From: a virus
DNA length: 64,000 bases
IMG/VR virus record: IMGVR_UViG_3300009703_004110
Coordinates: 133,298 to 197,297 of that record
Direction: 5' to 3' (one strand)
This document shows, piece by piece, positions 56,056 to 64,000 of the stretch (position 1 is the first letter of the stretch; each line of letters starts with the position of its first letter). The position numbers and the translations under genes are program-made. Below the pieces are notes generated by a model. The model saw only the letters and a list, made by a program, of their open reading frames with translations. It did not search any database and was not told the DNA's origin.

Positions 56056-56376
56056 TCACAATTCTATAATCTGTTCTAAATTAAAAATCAATTCTTCTTT
56101 CTCATCTTCAGAAAGGTAATTGAATAAATCCTCTGTTTTTACAAAGATAGACTTTCCTTTTAGGCTATTAAATCTGTCTTTATTATGATCATAATCTACC
56201 CAATCTCCTGGAAATATAACCCAGAAGTCACTACCACCTGTTTTTGATATCCTTGTGCCTTCACAAAAAATTACTTCTATAGTTTTAGGGCCAGATGGAA
56301 CAGGGGATCTGTGACCTCTAGATGTAGTGTGCCAGTTGACATCTTGCTCGATATTAACTTCCATCAAATATCCCAT
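56056..56376 (-). CDS. isolated member of the tagged microprotein family
   Basis: C-terminus EDLFNYLSEDEKEELIFNLEQI. Confidence 0.6.
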   Translation of the reverse strand: MGYLMEVNIEQDVNWHTTSRGHRSPVPSGPKTIEVIFCEGTRISKTGGSDFWVIFPGDWVDYDHNKDRFNSLKGKSIFVKTEDLFNYLSEDEKEELIFNLEQIIEL

Positions 56377-56924
56377 TTGGATATGGCCTTGCTTTCTTTC
56401 AATATGTGAGTAAGACCTACGGAAATGGCGTCCGCAACATCTCCGCTCTCCTCTCTAATCTTTTTATTTCTATTAAGCTCTGGCCTAAAATTTTTGCAGT
56501 ATTTATTAATTACAGGAAAGATATCATCTTTAGACATTATTTTAAATCCAAAATGCTTACTGAGTGCTGCTCGAATAGATATTACCGGATAACTAAAGGT
56601 ATCTTTTCCTAGCTTTTGATAAGCCGCAAGGGAGCATACCTCATTAAATGTGCTTAGTACAATAATTGTATTGGCACTGGAACGTCCCTTGGTAAATCTC
56701 TTGGCATAAGCCTCTACTACGACATCTGTAACTTCATACATTTCAATCAAATTTTGAATTTCATCATAAGCATAACTCAATCTAAGTGACATACTTCCTT
56801 TTGCTTTTTTAGGCGGCTTTAGATATCCCATATAAGGTAATGTTAATACTTGATTGTCATCAATATTTAAGATGGCCCAACCAATAGTTGATGATGAAAT
56901 ATCTAAAGCAAGTAATCTTTCCAT
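56364..56924 (-). CDS. RuvC-like Holliday junction resolvase
   Basis: LLALDISSSTIGWA, VVVE, DVADAISVG; probable start MERLL at 56924. Confidence 0.85.
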   Translation of the reverse strand: MERLLALDISSSTIGWAILNIDDNQVLTLPYMGYLKPPKKAKGSMSLRLSYAYDEIQNLIEMYEVTDVVVEAYAKRFTKGRSSANTIIVLSTFNEVCSLAAYQKLGKDTFSYPVISIRAALSKHFGFKIMSKDDIFPVINKYCKNFRPELNRNKKIREESGDVADAISVGLTHILKESKAISKWDI

Positions 56925-56940
56925 AGTGGTAAGATAATAC

Positions 56941-56982
56941 GAAATCAGCCCAGTGAACACTAAGGTTCACTGGGCTGATTTC
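56941..56982. repeat. perfect 18-bp inverted repeat (terminator-like hairpin)
   Basis: GAAATCAGCCCAGTGAAC-actaag-GTTCACTGGGCTGATTTC. Confidence 0.85.
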
Positions 56983-57008
56983 ATGTGGCCACTATGACCT
57001 TATTTGGC

Positions 57009-57632
57009 TTACTCGAATTTAAACGGGAACTCTTCCTCTTCGGAAGAACCAGAGTCAGTATCGGCAGTAACAGTGCTACCACTGCTCCAGCCCATAAGGT
57101 CTAGAACATACTGAGGGTCGGAAGGCTGGATCAATCTGTCAAGGTTAAGTCCGTCATTGAACGCCAAGAAGGCTTCCTTCATAGACTCATCGATTCCGCT
57201 CTTAGGACGAGGGTTGACAGAGTATAGCGGCTGAGAACCTGGCTTGCCACGAGTGATTACCAGGTCATAAGAAGTAACCTTACCCCAATCAGGGTCGTTT
57301 ACCAACTCACGAATACCGTTATAAATCTGCGGGCCAATCTCAAGAAGCTTGAACTGGCTGTCGCTACGGTCGAGAACCTTTACGATCCAACGAGCCTTAC
57401 GCTTGAAACCAGCGTCATCTAGTCTCTGTAGTAGTTCGGGAGCGGCGATAGGACTGTTAATCTTCCTTTTGCCTTCGGTTCCTTCTACCCAATTGATGTA
57501 GAATTGCAACGGGTTACCCATTACGCGAACGACGTTACGTCCGCCTTCGAGGCGCATGAACTGAGTTCTGCCACCACTAGAGTCACCTGCTTTTGAATTC
57601 CAATCTACTTCTCCAAATACGATTTTAGACAT
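57009..57632 (-). CDS. single-stranded DNA-binding protein (gp32-like)
   Basis: FMRLEGGRNVVRV, KLLEIGPQIY, YDLVITR...YSV, acidic aromatic tail SEEEEFPFKFE. Confidence 0.75.
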   Translation of the reverse strand: MSKIVFGEVDWNSKAGDSSGGRTQFMRLEGGRNVVRVMGNPLQFYINWVEGTEGKRKINSPIAAPELLQRLDDAGFKRKARWIVKVLDRSDSQFKLLEIGPQIYNGIRELVNDPDWGKVTSYDLVITRGKPGSQPLYSVNPRPKSGIDESMKEAFLAFNDGLNLDRLIQPSDPQYVLDLMGWSSGSTVTADTDSGSSEEEEFPFKFE

Positions 57633-57710
57633 ATTTACTTTTCTCCTGTTATCCTATAAGTGTCTTAGTCGACGTTAGGATTTTGTTGTTGTTTGTGTTG
57701 TCTTAGTTTA

Positions 57711-58307
57711 TCAAAGATCCTGAGCCATTTTGGCATCAGAAAGCTCGGACTCCCATTCATATTCTCCACCAAAATCAACATCGCTTGGAACGGTGCTAGG
57801 TCGGTTTCGAGATACTGGGCGAGAAGAACCCATGTTAACATTGTACCCAATGTTACTAAGTTTTTCAATCTCATAATCCCTTCTCAGGAAGGTTTTAAAT
57901 GAGTAATGCCAAGATGAAAAATAGCTAGCTTTATTTTCAAACCAGCGCTTGCAAGCTTTCGCTATAGTTAGCTGATTGCATGCGTCAATATAATCATCAT
58001 CGGCCTGGGCATACCACTCTTTTGTTTTAATTGTTTTATGTCCAGCATCTTTTGCTTTATCCAAAGCCGCGTTTGACCACGCCTTATTTTTAGCAGACTC
58101 CAAAGAGCCAATCCAGATGTCAATCAGGACAATTTTGTCTTGACAAAAGTTCTGTGCGTTCAAAGCATGTACCAAGCCTTGTTCGGCAAGATTCAGGTCA
58201 ATGGCCCCATTAATTGGCAGCCATGCTATAACTTTATCAATTTCAGATGTATCGATATTATCAATTGCAAAATCTGAAACATCTATTTTATCATGAAAAG
58301 TTGACAT
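57711..58307 (-). CDS. UvsY-like recombination mediator (tentative)
   Basis: Helical, KEWYAQADDDY segment, next to SSB in a RecA/RuvC block. Confidence 0.45.
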   Translation of the reverse strand: MSTFHDKIDVSDFAIDNIDTSEIDKVIAWLPINGAIDLNLAEQGLVHALNAQNFCQDKIVLIDIWIGSLESAKNKAWSNAALDKAKDAGHKTIKTKEWYAQADDDYIDACNQLTIAKACKRWFENKASYFSSWHYSFKTFLRRDYEIEKLSNIGYNVNMGSSRPVSRNRPSTVPSDVDFGGEYEWESELSDAKMAQDL

Positions 58308-58606
58308 TATAATTCCTTCAGCTTCTTTTCTATACTGGCAACTCTTGCCTCTAGAAGTTTCATGCTTATTATACCGTCCGTTAAACGTCTGAGCTTCTGA
58401 TTAAGCTGCACATTTAGCAGAAAGAATATCAAGATCATAGAGGTTGGCTTTGAAACAGGAGGGCGAACAAGTAGGATGTGTCCTTCCTTATTTGTTTCAA
58501 ACATACCCATTAATGAATTCTTGCCGAAGTTCTCTTCTATTTGAAGATAGTATTCCCATTCAGAATTACTTAGTTCTACTTTTCTATTGGCAATAATCTT
58601 AATCAT
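58307..58606 (-). CDS. hypothetical protein
   Basis: Coupled 99 aa ORF. Confidence 0.6.
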   Translation of the reverse strand: MIKIIANRKVELSNSEWEYYLQIEENFGKNSLMGMFETNKEGHILLVRPPVSKPTSMILIFFLLNVQLNQKLRRLTDGIISMKLLEARVASIEKKLKEL

Positions 58607-59112
58607 TAACCTGCTCGGACAACCCGAGTTCCTGTTTTTCTTTTATTCAGACGTTTGGCTTGAGCTTTCAACCTCTCAACCCTGTCTTCCTCATCATCAT
58701 CTTCTTCTTCGCTATAAGTTACGCTGTCATCGGGCAGCTGCTCCTTATACTCGGCAGCCACCTCGCGCCTCACTTGATCTGCAAGGTCAGAAGGCTCCTC
58801 GTCCTGTATAGATAATACGTCCGTCCCCAAAGCAGGACTTGCAGAATTACTAAGTTTCTTTAGTTCTTCATCCAAAACGGTTCGCCCATATCCAGAAAGA
58901 ATTTCGTTATAGATAAATAATGCCAAATCAAAAGTTTCTGTCTGTTCAAAAGATTCCGCAAAAGATTGCGACATAATTCGATTTTGAAGCATAGACAAAT
59001 GATTCATGTCATGATTAGAAAATAGAGGTGACCCGCATGATGGGCACATATTCTTCATCAAGCAGAATCGCATGTTAGATGGAACAACAAAGCTACAATT
59101 TTTACATTTCAT
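58606..59112 (-). CDS. zinc-ribbon protein with acidic C-terminal region
   Basis: CKNC...CPSCG; EEEDDDEED. Confidence 0.6.
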   Translation of the reverse strand: MKCKNCSFVVPSNMRFCLMKNMCPSCGSPLFSNHDMNHLSMLQNRIMSQSFAESFEQTETFDLALFIYNEILSGYGRTVLDEELKKLSNSASPALGTDVLSIQDEEPSDLADQVRREVAAEYKEQLPDDSVTYSEEEDDDEEDRVERLKAQAKRLNKRKTGTRVVRAG

Positions 59113-59672
59113 GATTTATTCTCCTTTGCTATGTATATTTGATACCATAACGCTAACGTGAAGATTGCGTCTTTGTCAGTATCTATGCTCTGCTCTTGTC
59201 TCCAAGCAACGCATCTATCCAGCCCCTTTGTTGGCTTTACAAATACGCCAGCCTTTAATGCAGCAATAGCATATTCTTTCAAAATATGGTCTGGTATCTC
59301 ACTTGGTAGTGGGCCGCCGGGCGGAGAAAAGACCAAAATCTCCCTCTTAGATTCAACAGGCGGAAGGCTTAACAGTTTTTCTCTTAAAAAGTCAACCTGC
59401 TTAATACCCATCCTAAGATAAGTTCTAATCATTGCTTCAGATCCTTCTCTCATAGGCACGATAACAAAAATACCATAACCATCTGGCGATGATTTGTATA
59501 TATCATCACGTCCACCAGAACGTTCTTTTTTAAACCGACCAGTTAATACCCTGACTAGATCATGTTCAACTTCAGTACCCTTTTCGCACGCATACGTCAA
59601 CTCTGTATACGTAGCAGAAGGATGGTGTTGCCTGTATCTGTCCAATGCATGTCTAGAACAGCGGAAGATCAT
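59109..59672 (-). CDS. hypothetical protein (SRHALDRY N-terminal motif)
   Basis: 187 aa ORF directly after dnaE. Confidence 0.55.
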   Translation of the reverse strand: MIFRCSRHALDRYRQHHPSATYTELTYACEKGTEVEHDLVRVLTGRFKKERSGGRDDIYKSSPDGYGIFVIVPMREGSEAMIRTYLRMGIKQVDFLREKLLSLPPVESKREILVFSPPGGPLPSEIPDHILKEYAIAALKAGVFVKPTKGLDRCVAWRQEQSIDTDKDAIFTLALWYQIYIAKENKS

Positions 59673-59676
59673 TTTA

Positions 59677-62600
59677 TTACACTCCTTTACCGAAAGCTCT
59701 TTCTAAGACAGAAAGTGATAAGGCATTTTCACCAGTATATCTATCTTCATTAACAGCGCAAATAGCCTTTATAGGCGTGCCGTCTGTCAAAACCTGCTTT
59801 AACTTGGAATAATCACCTGCCCATACAATCATAGTGGTTGTAGAGCCACCAGCATCTTCAAGAAGATATTTAGCAAATTTTTGTCCAGCATTTCTACCGT
59901 TCTTAATCTTAAACTCTTTTATCTTAGACTTTACAATAGCCTCAATTCTAATTTTAGACTTCGGCCTTATCGTCGGTATTTTACCAAAAGCAGTTACCAT
60001 TGATCCGCCTCTAAAGAATCCTGCAAATACCTCGTGAAGAGAGCCACTAATTGTTCTTCCAAGAACCTCTTGTTCTGCTACTAATATATCTTTCCTGCTC
60101 CATTCTTCAGTCTCCTCTGCTGGAGTGTAAAGAATTGGGCAATCAGACATATAGAGCTTTAGATTCTTTTGGATTTCCGCTACTCCCATAGCATCAAGAT
60201 GCTCCTTGTCTGGAATTAACAAATTCTTATTAACTAGTTCGCTTGTATAATTTTTTATCCAAGCTTTCTTCTTTTTGTTTAAATGAGTATTTACCTTGGT
60301 CCTAAATTTAGAAAACTGATCGAACATTGTCTTCCTGGGAATGTTGTATGGATCAAACGCCCCTGCTTTGGCCAAAGCTTGTACTACTCTCTTGTTTACA
60401 AGACGACCTGAGGTTTTTGCGAAAAACCATTCCAAAGATTCGTAAGGACCATTCCCAAGTATATCGTGGATAGCTGTCACTCCAACGCCTTTAACGGCAG
60501 ATAACCCTGTTAAGATTTTACCGCCATCGACAATAGTATAGTCTCCATCTGAACTGATATATGGCGGAAGAATTTCAATATCCATATTGGCACATTCACT
60601 CAGATACTCTTGAGCCTTCTCTGCATTTGGATCTTCTGAGTTAATTAATGCGCACATGAACTGTATCGGATAATGACATCTTAACCATGCCGTATAAAAT
60701 GATATATGAGAGTAGGAAATTGAATGCGACTTATTAAAGGCATACTTGCCGAGCGGTTCAATAAACGTTCTCCATATATCCATAGCTGTTTCATAACTCA
60801 TTTTGGAGTGACTCATACAGTCTTTTAGGAACGACGCCTCTGTTCTCAACACAAGCTCAGGATCTTTACCCTTAAGCTTACTGATCTTTCTTAGGGCATC
60901 TGCCTGATTAAGATCCCAACCGGCACAATCTTGCGCCAAGAACATAGCTTGCTCCTCATAAACCAAAACTCCAAAGGTTCTTTCAAGCGCGCGTCTTGTA
61001 CTATCGTGAAGATATTCTGGTGATTTAATACGAAGCCTTCGTTCGATATACTTCTTCCTTTCTTGCGGATGGCATGACGGCCTTCCGATTGCATTAATAA
61101 TTGATATATCTTCGATATTTCTTGGCTTTAGCTTAATACATAAAGGAGTCAGAGAGGATTCTAGTTGGAATACACCAGCCGTTCCGCCCTTTCCGATCAT
61201 ATCGTATACTGCCTTATCCTTAAGATCCATATCTTTAATTGTTAACTTCTCACCAGTAGTTTTTTCAATTAGCTTGAAGGTATTATCTATAACAGTTAAT
61301 GTCTTAAGACCCAATAAGTCCATTTTAATTAAGCCATTATCTTCACACCTAGTCTTCTCCCATTGAGTAACTACCAGAGCCTCTCCAGTATCCTTCTTTT
61401 GTTCAATTCTAAGAGGAACAATTTTGCTAAGAGGCTCTTCTCCGATAACTACGCCTGCAGCGTGTACAGACCAATTTCTAGTTAGGTTCTGTAACTTTTC
61501 TGCATATAAATTAAGCTCTGGATTGTCTTGCATATAAGCATCAAAATACTTATTCTTCTCTCGCTCTTTTTGGATAGTCTTTTCATCACCCATAGTATCG
61601 GTAATAGCATTTGCAATCTTAAATGCAGTTGTCTTATCTCCACCTAGTCTTAAGCTTCTGGCGACATCTTTAATAATTACCTTTGGAGATAACGTACTCC
61701 AGTTTGAAATTGAGGCGACTCTATCTTCGCCATATCGTTCTTTGATATATTCCTTAACTAAGCCTGGGTTACTAAAATCTGTATCAATATCTGGAAAGCT
61801 CTTCTTTTGGTTATTATGGAATCTTTCAAAAATTAGATCATAAGTAATGGGATCAATATCTGTGATACCAGTCAAATATGCAACCAAACATCCTGCTGCC
61901 GAGCCTCTGGCCGGACCTACAGGCATTCTTTCTTTCGCCCAATTTGTATAGTCTGCCACAATTAGCATGTAAGATGAGAAGTCTTTATCCTCTAGAACAC
62001 CAAGCTCTACCGTTACTCTATCCCAGTATTCATCTCTGATTTCATTATCCAAATGTGAAAGCTTTTCTTTAAAGCCCTGAATACACTTGAATCTAAGATA
62101 GGCCTTGTCTTCTTCAACAGAAGCACAATTCTTTTGATGCCATGTCTTAAAGGAAGAGTAATCATCTTGGTCACCAGCATAGTACCTTGGCAGCATAGCT
62201 CCCTTTGGCTTCAAATAACTTGGCTCATCACAGGCATTCATAATGTCTATAGAGTTTTTCATTCCGACAGTGGCAATACGAGATCCGAAAAAGTCTGCAA
62301 TTTCATCAGTAGTCTTAAGGTACATGTCCTGCACGCCGTACTTAAATCTATCAGGATCGTCAAACGCCTTCTTATCTTTGATTGCCAGCATTAGATCGTG
62401 ATACTTTGCAGCCTCTTTGTCTCTGTAATGTGCATCACAAGTTATTACATATGGGATACCCATATCTCTAGAGAGCCTAATCATTTCTTGATTTAACCTC
62501 ATCTGGTCAACAGGCTTTCCTGTTTTTGAGTTTACTGCATATAATGCGTGAGGCTGTATCTCTAATCTAAATCTATCACCAAATATAGAATGAAATCTTT

Positions 62601-63084
62601 GTATCTGACAAATAGCTGCAGCCTCATCGCCCTCTGTGATTAGAGTTTTAGCAACCAAACCATTAGAGCAGGCAGTTAGACAGAATAGACCTTGATTATA
62701 TTTCTCAATATGTTCCCATCCAATTCGAGGGGTCTTCTTTCCCATATAACCAGAAACTTGATTTTGATAAGCCAGGAAGTTTAGATGTAATAAGTTACGA
62801 TATCCAACTTCATTTTGTGCCAACAGAACAAGGTGATGTGACTTCTTCGCAGAAAAGTCTTCTGTGAAGTATGCTTCCATGCCTGGAATTAATTTAACGC
62901 CAGTTTCTTGGCTGGCCTTCCAAGCGTCATAATGAGCCGTCATAGTTCCGTGATCAGTAACTGCTACGGCAGGGTGATCTACCTCTTTAGCTCTTTCAAA
63001 TAGGTCGTGCACATTATTCATGCCGTCGAGAGGAGAGCCAACTTCGGTATGATTATGGAGACTTACAAATTTACCTTTGTTCAT
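59677..63084 (-). CDS. dnaE: DNA polymerase III alpha subunit (family C)
   Basis: PHP SLHNHT/TDHG/CDAHY, GPARGSAAG, FERF, SFPDIDTDF, HAAGVVI, KMDLLGL, YAFNKSH, C-terminal OB fold. Confidence 0.96.
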   Translation of the reverse strand: MNKGKFVSLHNHTEVGSPLDGMNNVHDLFERAKEVDHPAVAVTDHGTMTAHYDAWKASQETGVKLIPGMEAYFTEDFSAKKSHHLVLLAQNEVGYRNLLHLNFLAYQNQVSGYMGKKTPRIGWEHIEKYNQGLFCLTACSNGLVAKTLITEGDEAAAICQIQRFHSIFGDRFRLEIQPHALYAVNSKTGKPVDQMRLNQEMIRLSRDMGIPYVITCDAHYRDKEAAKYHDLMLAIKDKKAFDDPDRFKYGVQDMYLKTTDEIADFFGSRIATVGMKNSIDIMNACDEPSYLKPKGAMLPRYYAGDQDDYSSFKTWHQKNCASVEEDKAYLRFKCIQGFKEKLSHLDNEIRDEYWDRVTVELGVLEDKDFSSYMLIVADYTNWAKERMPVGPARGSAAGCLVAYLTGITDIDPITYDLIFERFHNNQKKSFPDIDTDFSNPGLVKEYIKERYGEDRVASISNWSTLSPKVIIKDVARSLRLGGDKTTAFKIANAITDTMGDEKTIQKEREKNKYFDAYMQDNPELNLYAEKLQNLTRNWSVHAAGVVIGEEPLSKIVPLRIEQKKDTGEALVVTQWEKTRCEDNGLIKMDLLGLKTLTVIDNTFKLIEKTTGEKLTIKDMDLKDKAVYDMIGKGGTAGVFQLESSLTPLCIKLKPRNIEDISIINAIGRPSCHPQERKKYIERRLRIKSPEYLHDSTRRALERTFGVLVYEEQAMFLAQDCAGWDLNQADALRKISKLKGKDPELVLRTEASFLKDCMSHSKMSYETAMDIWRTFIEPLGKYAFNKSHSISYSHISFYTAWLRCHYPIQFMCALINSEDPNAEKAQEYLSECANMDIEILPPYISSDGDYTIVDGGKILTGLSAVKGVGVTAIHDILGNGPYESLEWFFAKTSGRLVNKRVVQALAKAGAFDPYNIPRKTMFDQFSKFRTKVNTHLNKKKKAWIKNYTSELVNKNLLIPDKEHLDAMGVAEIQKNLKLYMSDCPILYTPAEETEEWSRKDILVAEQEVLGRTISGSLHEVFAGFFRGGSMVTAFGKIPTIRPKSKIRIEAIVKSKIKEFKIKNGRNAGQKFAKYLLEDAGGSTTTMIVWAGDYSKLKQVLTDGTPIKAICAVNEDRYTGENALSLSVLERAFGKGV

Positions 63085-63267
63085 CTTTTAACTCCACTAT
63101 ATCTTCTACAAATTTATCAAATTCTTTATAATAACCATATTTTTCAGGTTTCATATCTTTCTCCGTAGGGATACCATAACAAGTTTCTCTCCCTCTGTGG
63201 TTAAAGTGTGTTTATATAGAAACCCACGCATCATATGATACATGGGCTTTATTTTATGTAATCGGCC

Positions 63268-64000
63268 TTAGGTACCGGTATCTACCGCTTCTATCACATA
63301 AATAATAGATATAAGCGTACCAACATCTGGAATATCTGTTAGATAAACCGTATTCGTAGGCTCATCGTAATACCAATCAAACCACTCATCTGCATTTGCA
63401 AAGACCCTGATAGTGTCTGGATCATATGGAATCTCAGATAATGGCCATTCCTCATTAAGCTCTGGCACATGGTCTCTGGCTTCCGCTAATATATTTTCCC
63501 ATCTTGAGGGATCGCAGAAGCTTGCAATTTGTTCTGCTACATCAATATATCCTGTACCAATCTGCTCAACATTACACTCTGGGTAAGTTGCTGCATCAGT
63601 ATCAGAATATACAATGGCAGCCTCCGTGGTTTTAAATGGATGTGATTTAAACGTAGAAATCAAAGATTCATAAGAAGCGACACTATATGAGCTTTGATCG
63701 GGCTCATCAGAGACAAAGATAATTAATAAATCAGCCTCCTGTCTGTGAAAATCGTCATCAAATGCTGTAGATTGTACTGCAACATCAATTCCTTGTTCAT
63801 AATATCCGCTTTGACCTAAGTATGAAAAAAGTGCATTTAATTTATACTCTGCATTCGCATCATCCCATCCTACCCATCCATATGATTCATCATCTGGATC
63901 AGCAGAACGTAACATAACTCGCCATTCTAAGTCAGAAAAATCATTTCCAACCAAAGACAAATACATGTCTGGAATATAAGTTGCGAGCATTTCTTGCTCA
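63268..64000 (-). CDS. vWA-like domain protein (5' end outside window)
   Basis: LLIIFVSDEPDQS, EQGIDVA, GTGYIDVA; frame is open to the window edge. Confidence 0.6.
   Translation of the reverse strand, partial: EQEMLATYIPDMYLSLVGNDFSDLEWRVMLRSADPDDESYGWVGWDDANAEYKLNALFSYLGQSGYYEQGIDVAVQSTAFDDDFHRQEADLLIIFVSDEPDQSSYSVASYESLISTFKSHPFKTTEAAIVYSDTDAATYPECNVEQIGTGYIDVAEQIASFCDPSRWENILAEARDHVPELNEEWPLSEIPYDPDTIRVFANADEWFDWYYDEPTNTVYLTDIPDVGTLISIIYVIEAVDTGT

Noticed and set aside
57665..57874. 69-aa minus-strand ORF, and similar nested ORFs at 15315, 16239, 27475, 28795, 34480, 43917, 45102, 50540, 52822 and 60891
   Set aside because: Out-of-frame overlaps with better-supported genes; no RBS or motif noticed.
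1520..62394. All plus-strand ORFs in the track (e.g. 33624..34217, 39128..39613, 29154..29588)
   Set aside because: They are antisense shadows of long minus-strand genes, Ser/Pro-rich, mostly with non-ATG starts and no recognisable motifs.
63077..63260. Small gene between the vWA gene and dnaE
   Set aside because: Only short frames interrupted by stops were found; possibly a remnant, but not supportable.
1..64000. tRNA, rRNA, introns or inteins; contractile injection system or prophage interpretation
   Set aside because: No cloverleaf or intron/intein signatures seen by eye (no covariance search run). Capsid, portal, terminase and replication genes with no host genes or integrase indicate a phage genome.

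Overview
A 64 kb slice of a large (jumbo-type) contractile-tailed dsDNA phage. Essentially all real genes lie on the minus strand and use the standard genetic code. Read right to left, it holds: (1) a replication/recombination block (vWA-like protein, DnaE, UvsY-like mediator, gp32-like SSB, RuvC-like resolvase, GroEL, RecA, Zn-finger protein plus ZBD-less DnaG, sigma-like HTH); (2) a head block (probable TerS, tRNA nucleotidyltransferase, M15-like peptidase, GpA-type TerL, portal, DUF192 fusion, prohead protease-scaffold, two decoration paralogues, major capsid protein, many unknown head proteins); (3) an accessory island of short ORFs at about 20.8-25.4 kb; (4) neck, lysis-like and tail genes (two giant paralogues, tail terminator, sheath, tube). 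Three free-standing homing endonucleases are present. Main leads: (a) a tandem array of 11 otherwise unrelated microproteins sharing a C-terminal tag (P-x-E-x-Q/K-D-F/Y-I-I-Y/H-N-L/M-E/D-L-F) whose codons often also encode the next gene's Shine-Dalgarno and start, including two broken members missed by the ORF track; (b) an unannotated 33-aa, 12-Cys metallothionein-like peptide; (c) a helical-hairpin motif plus K-x-A/S sites shared by head-block proteins, a candidate capsid-addressing and processing code; (d) a recurrent TAyTAAT late-promoter motif that points to a nested in-frame gene. All product calls come from motif recognition and gene order only; no database searches were run.
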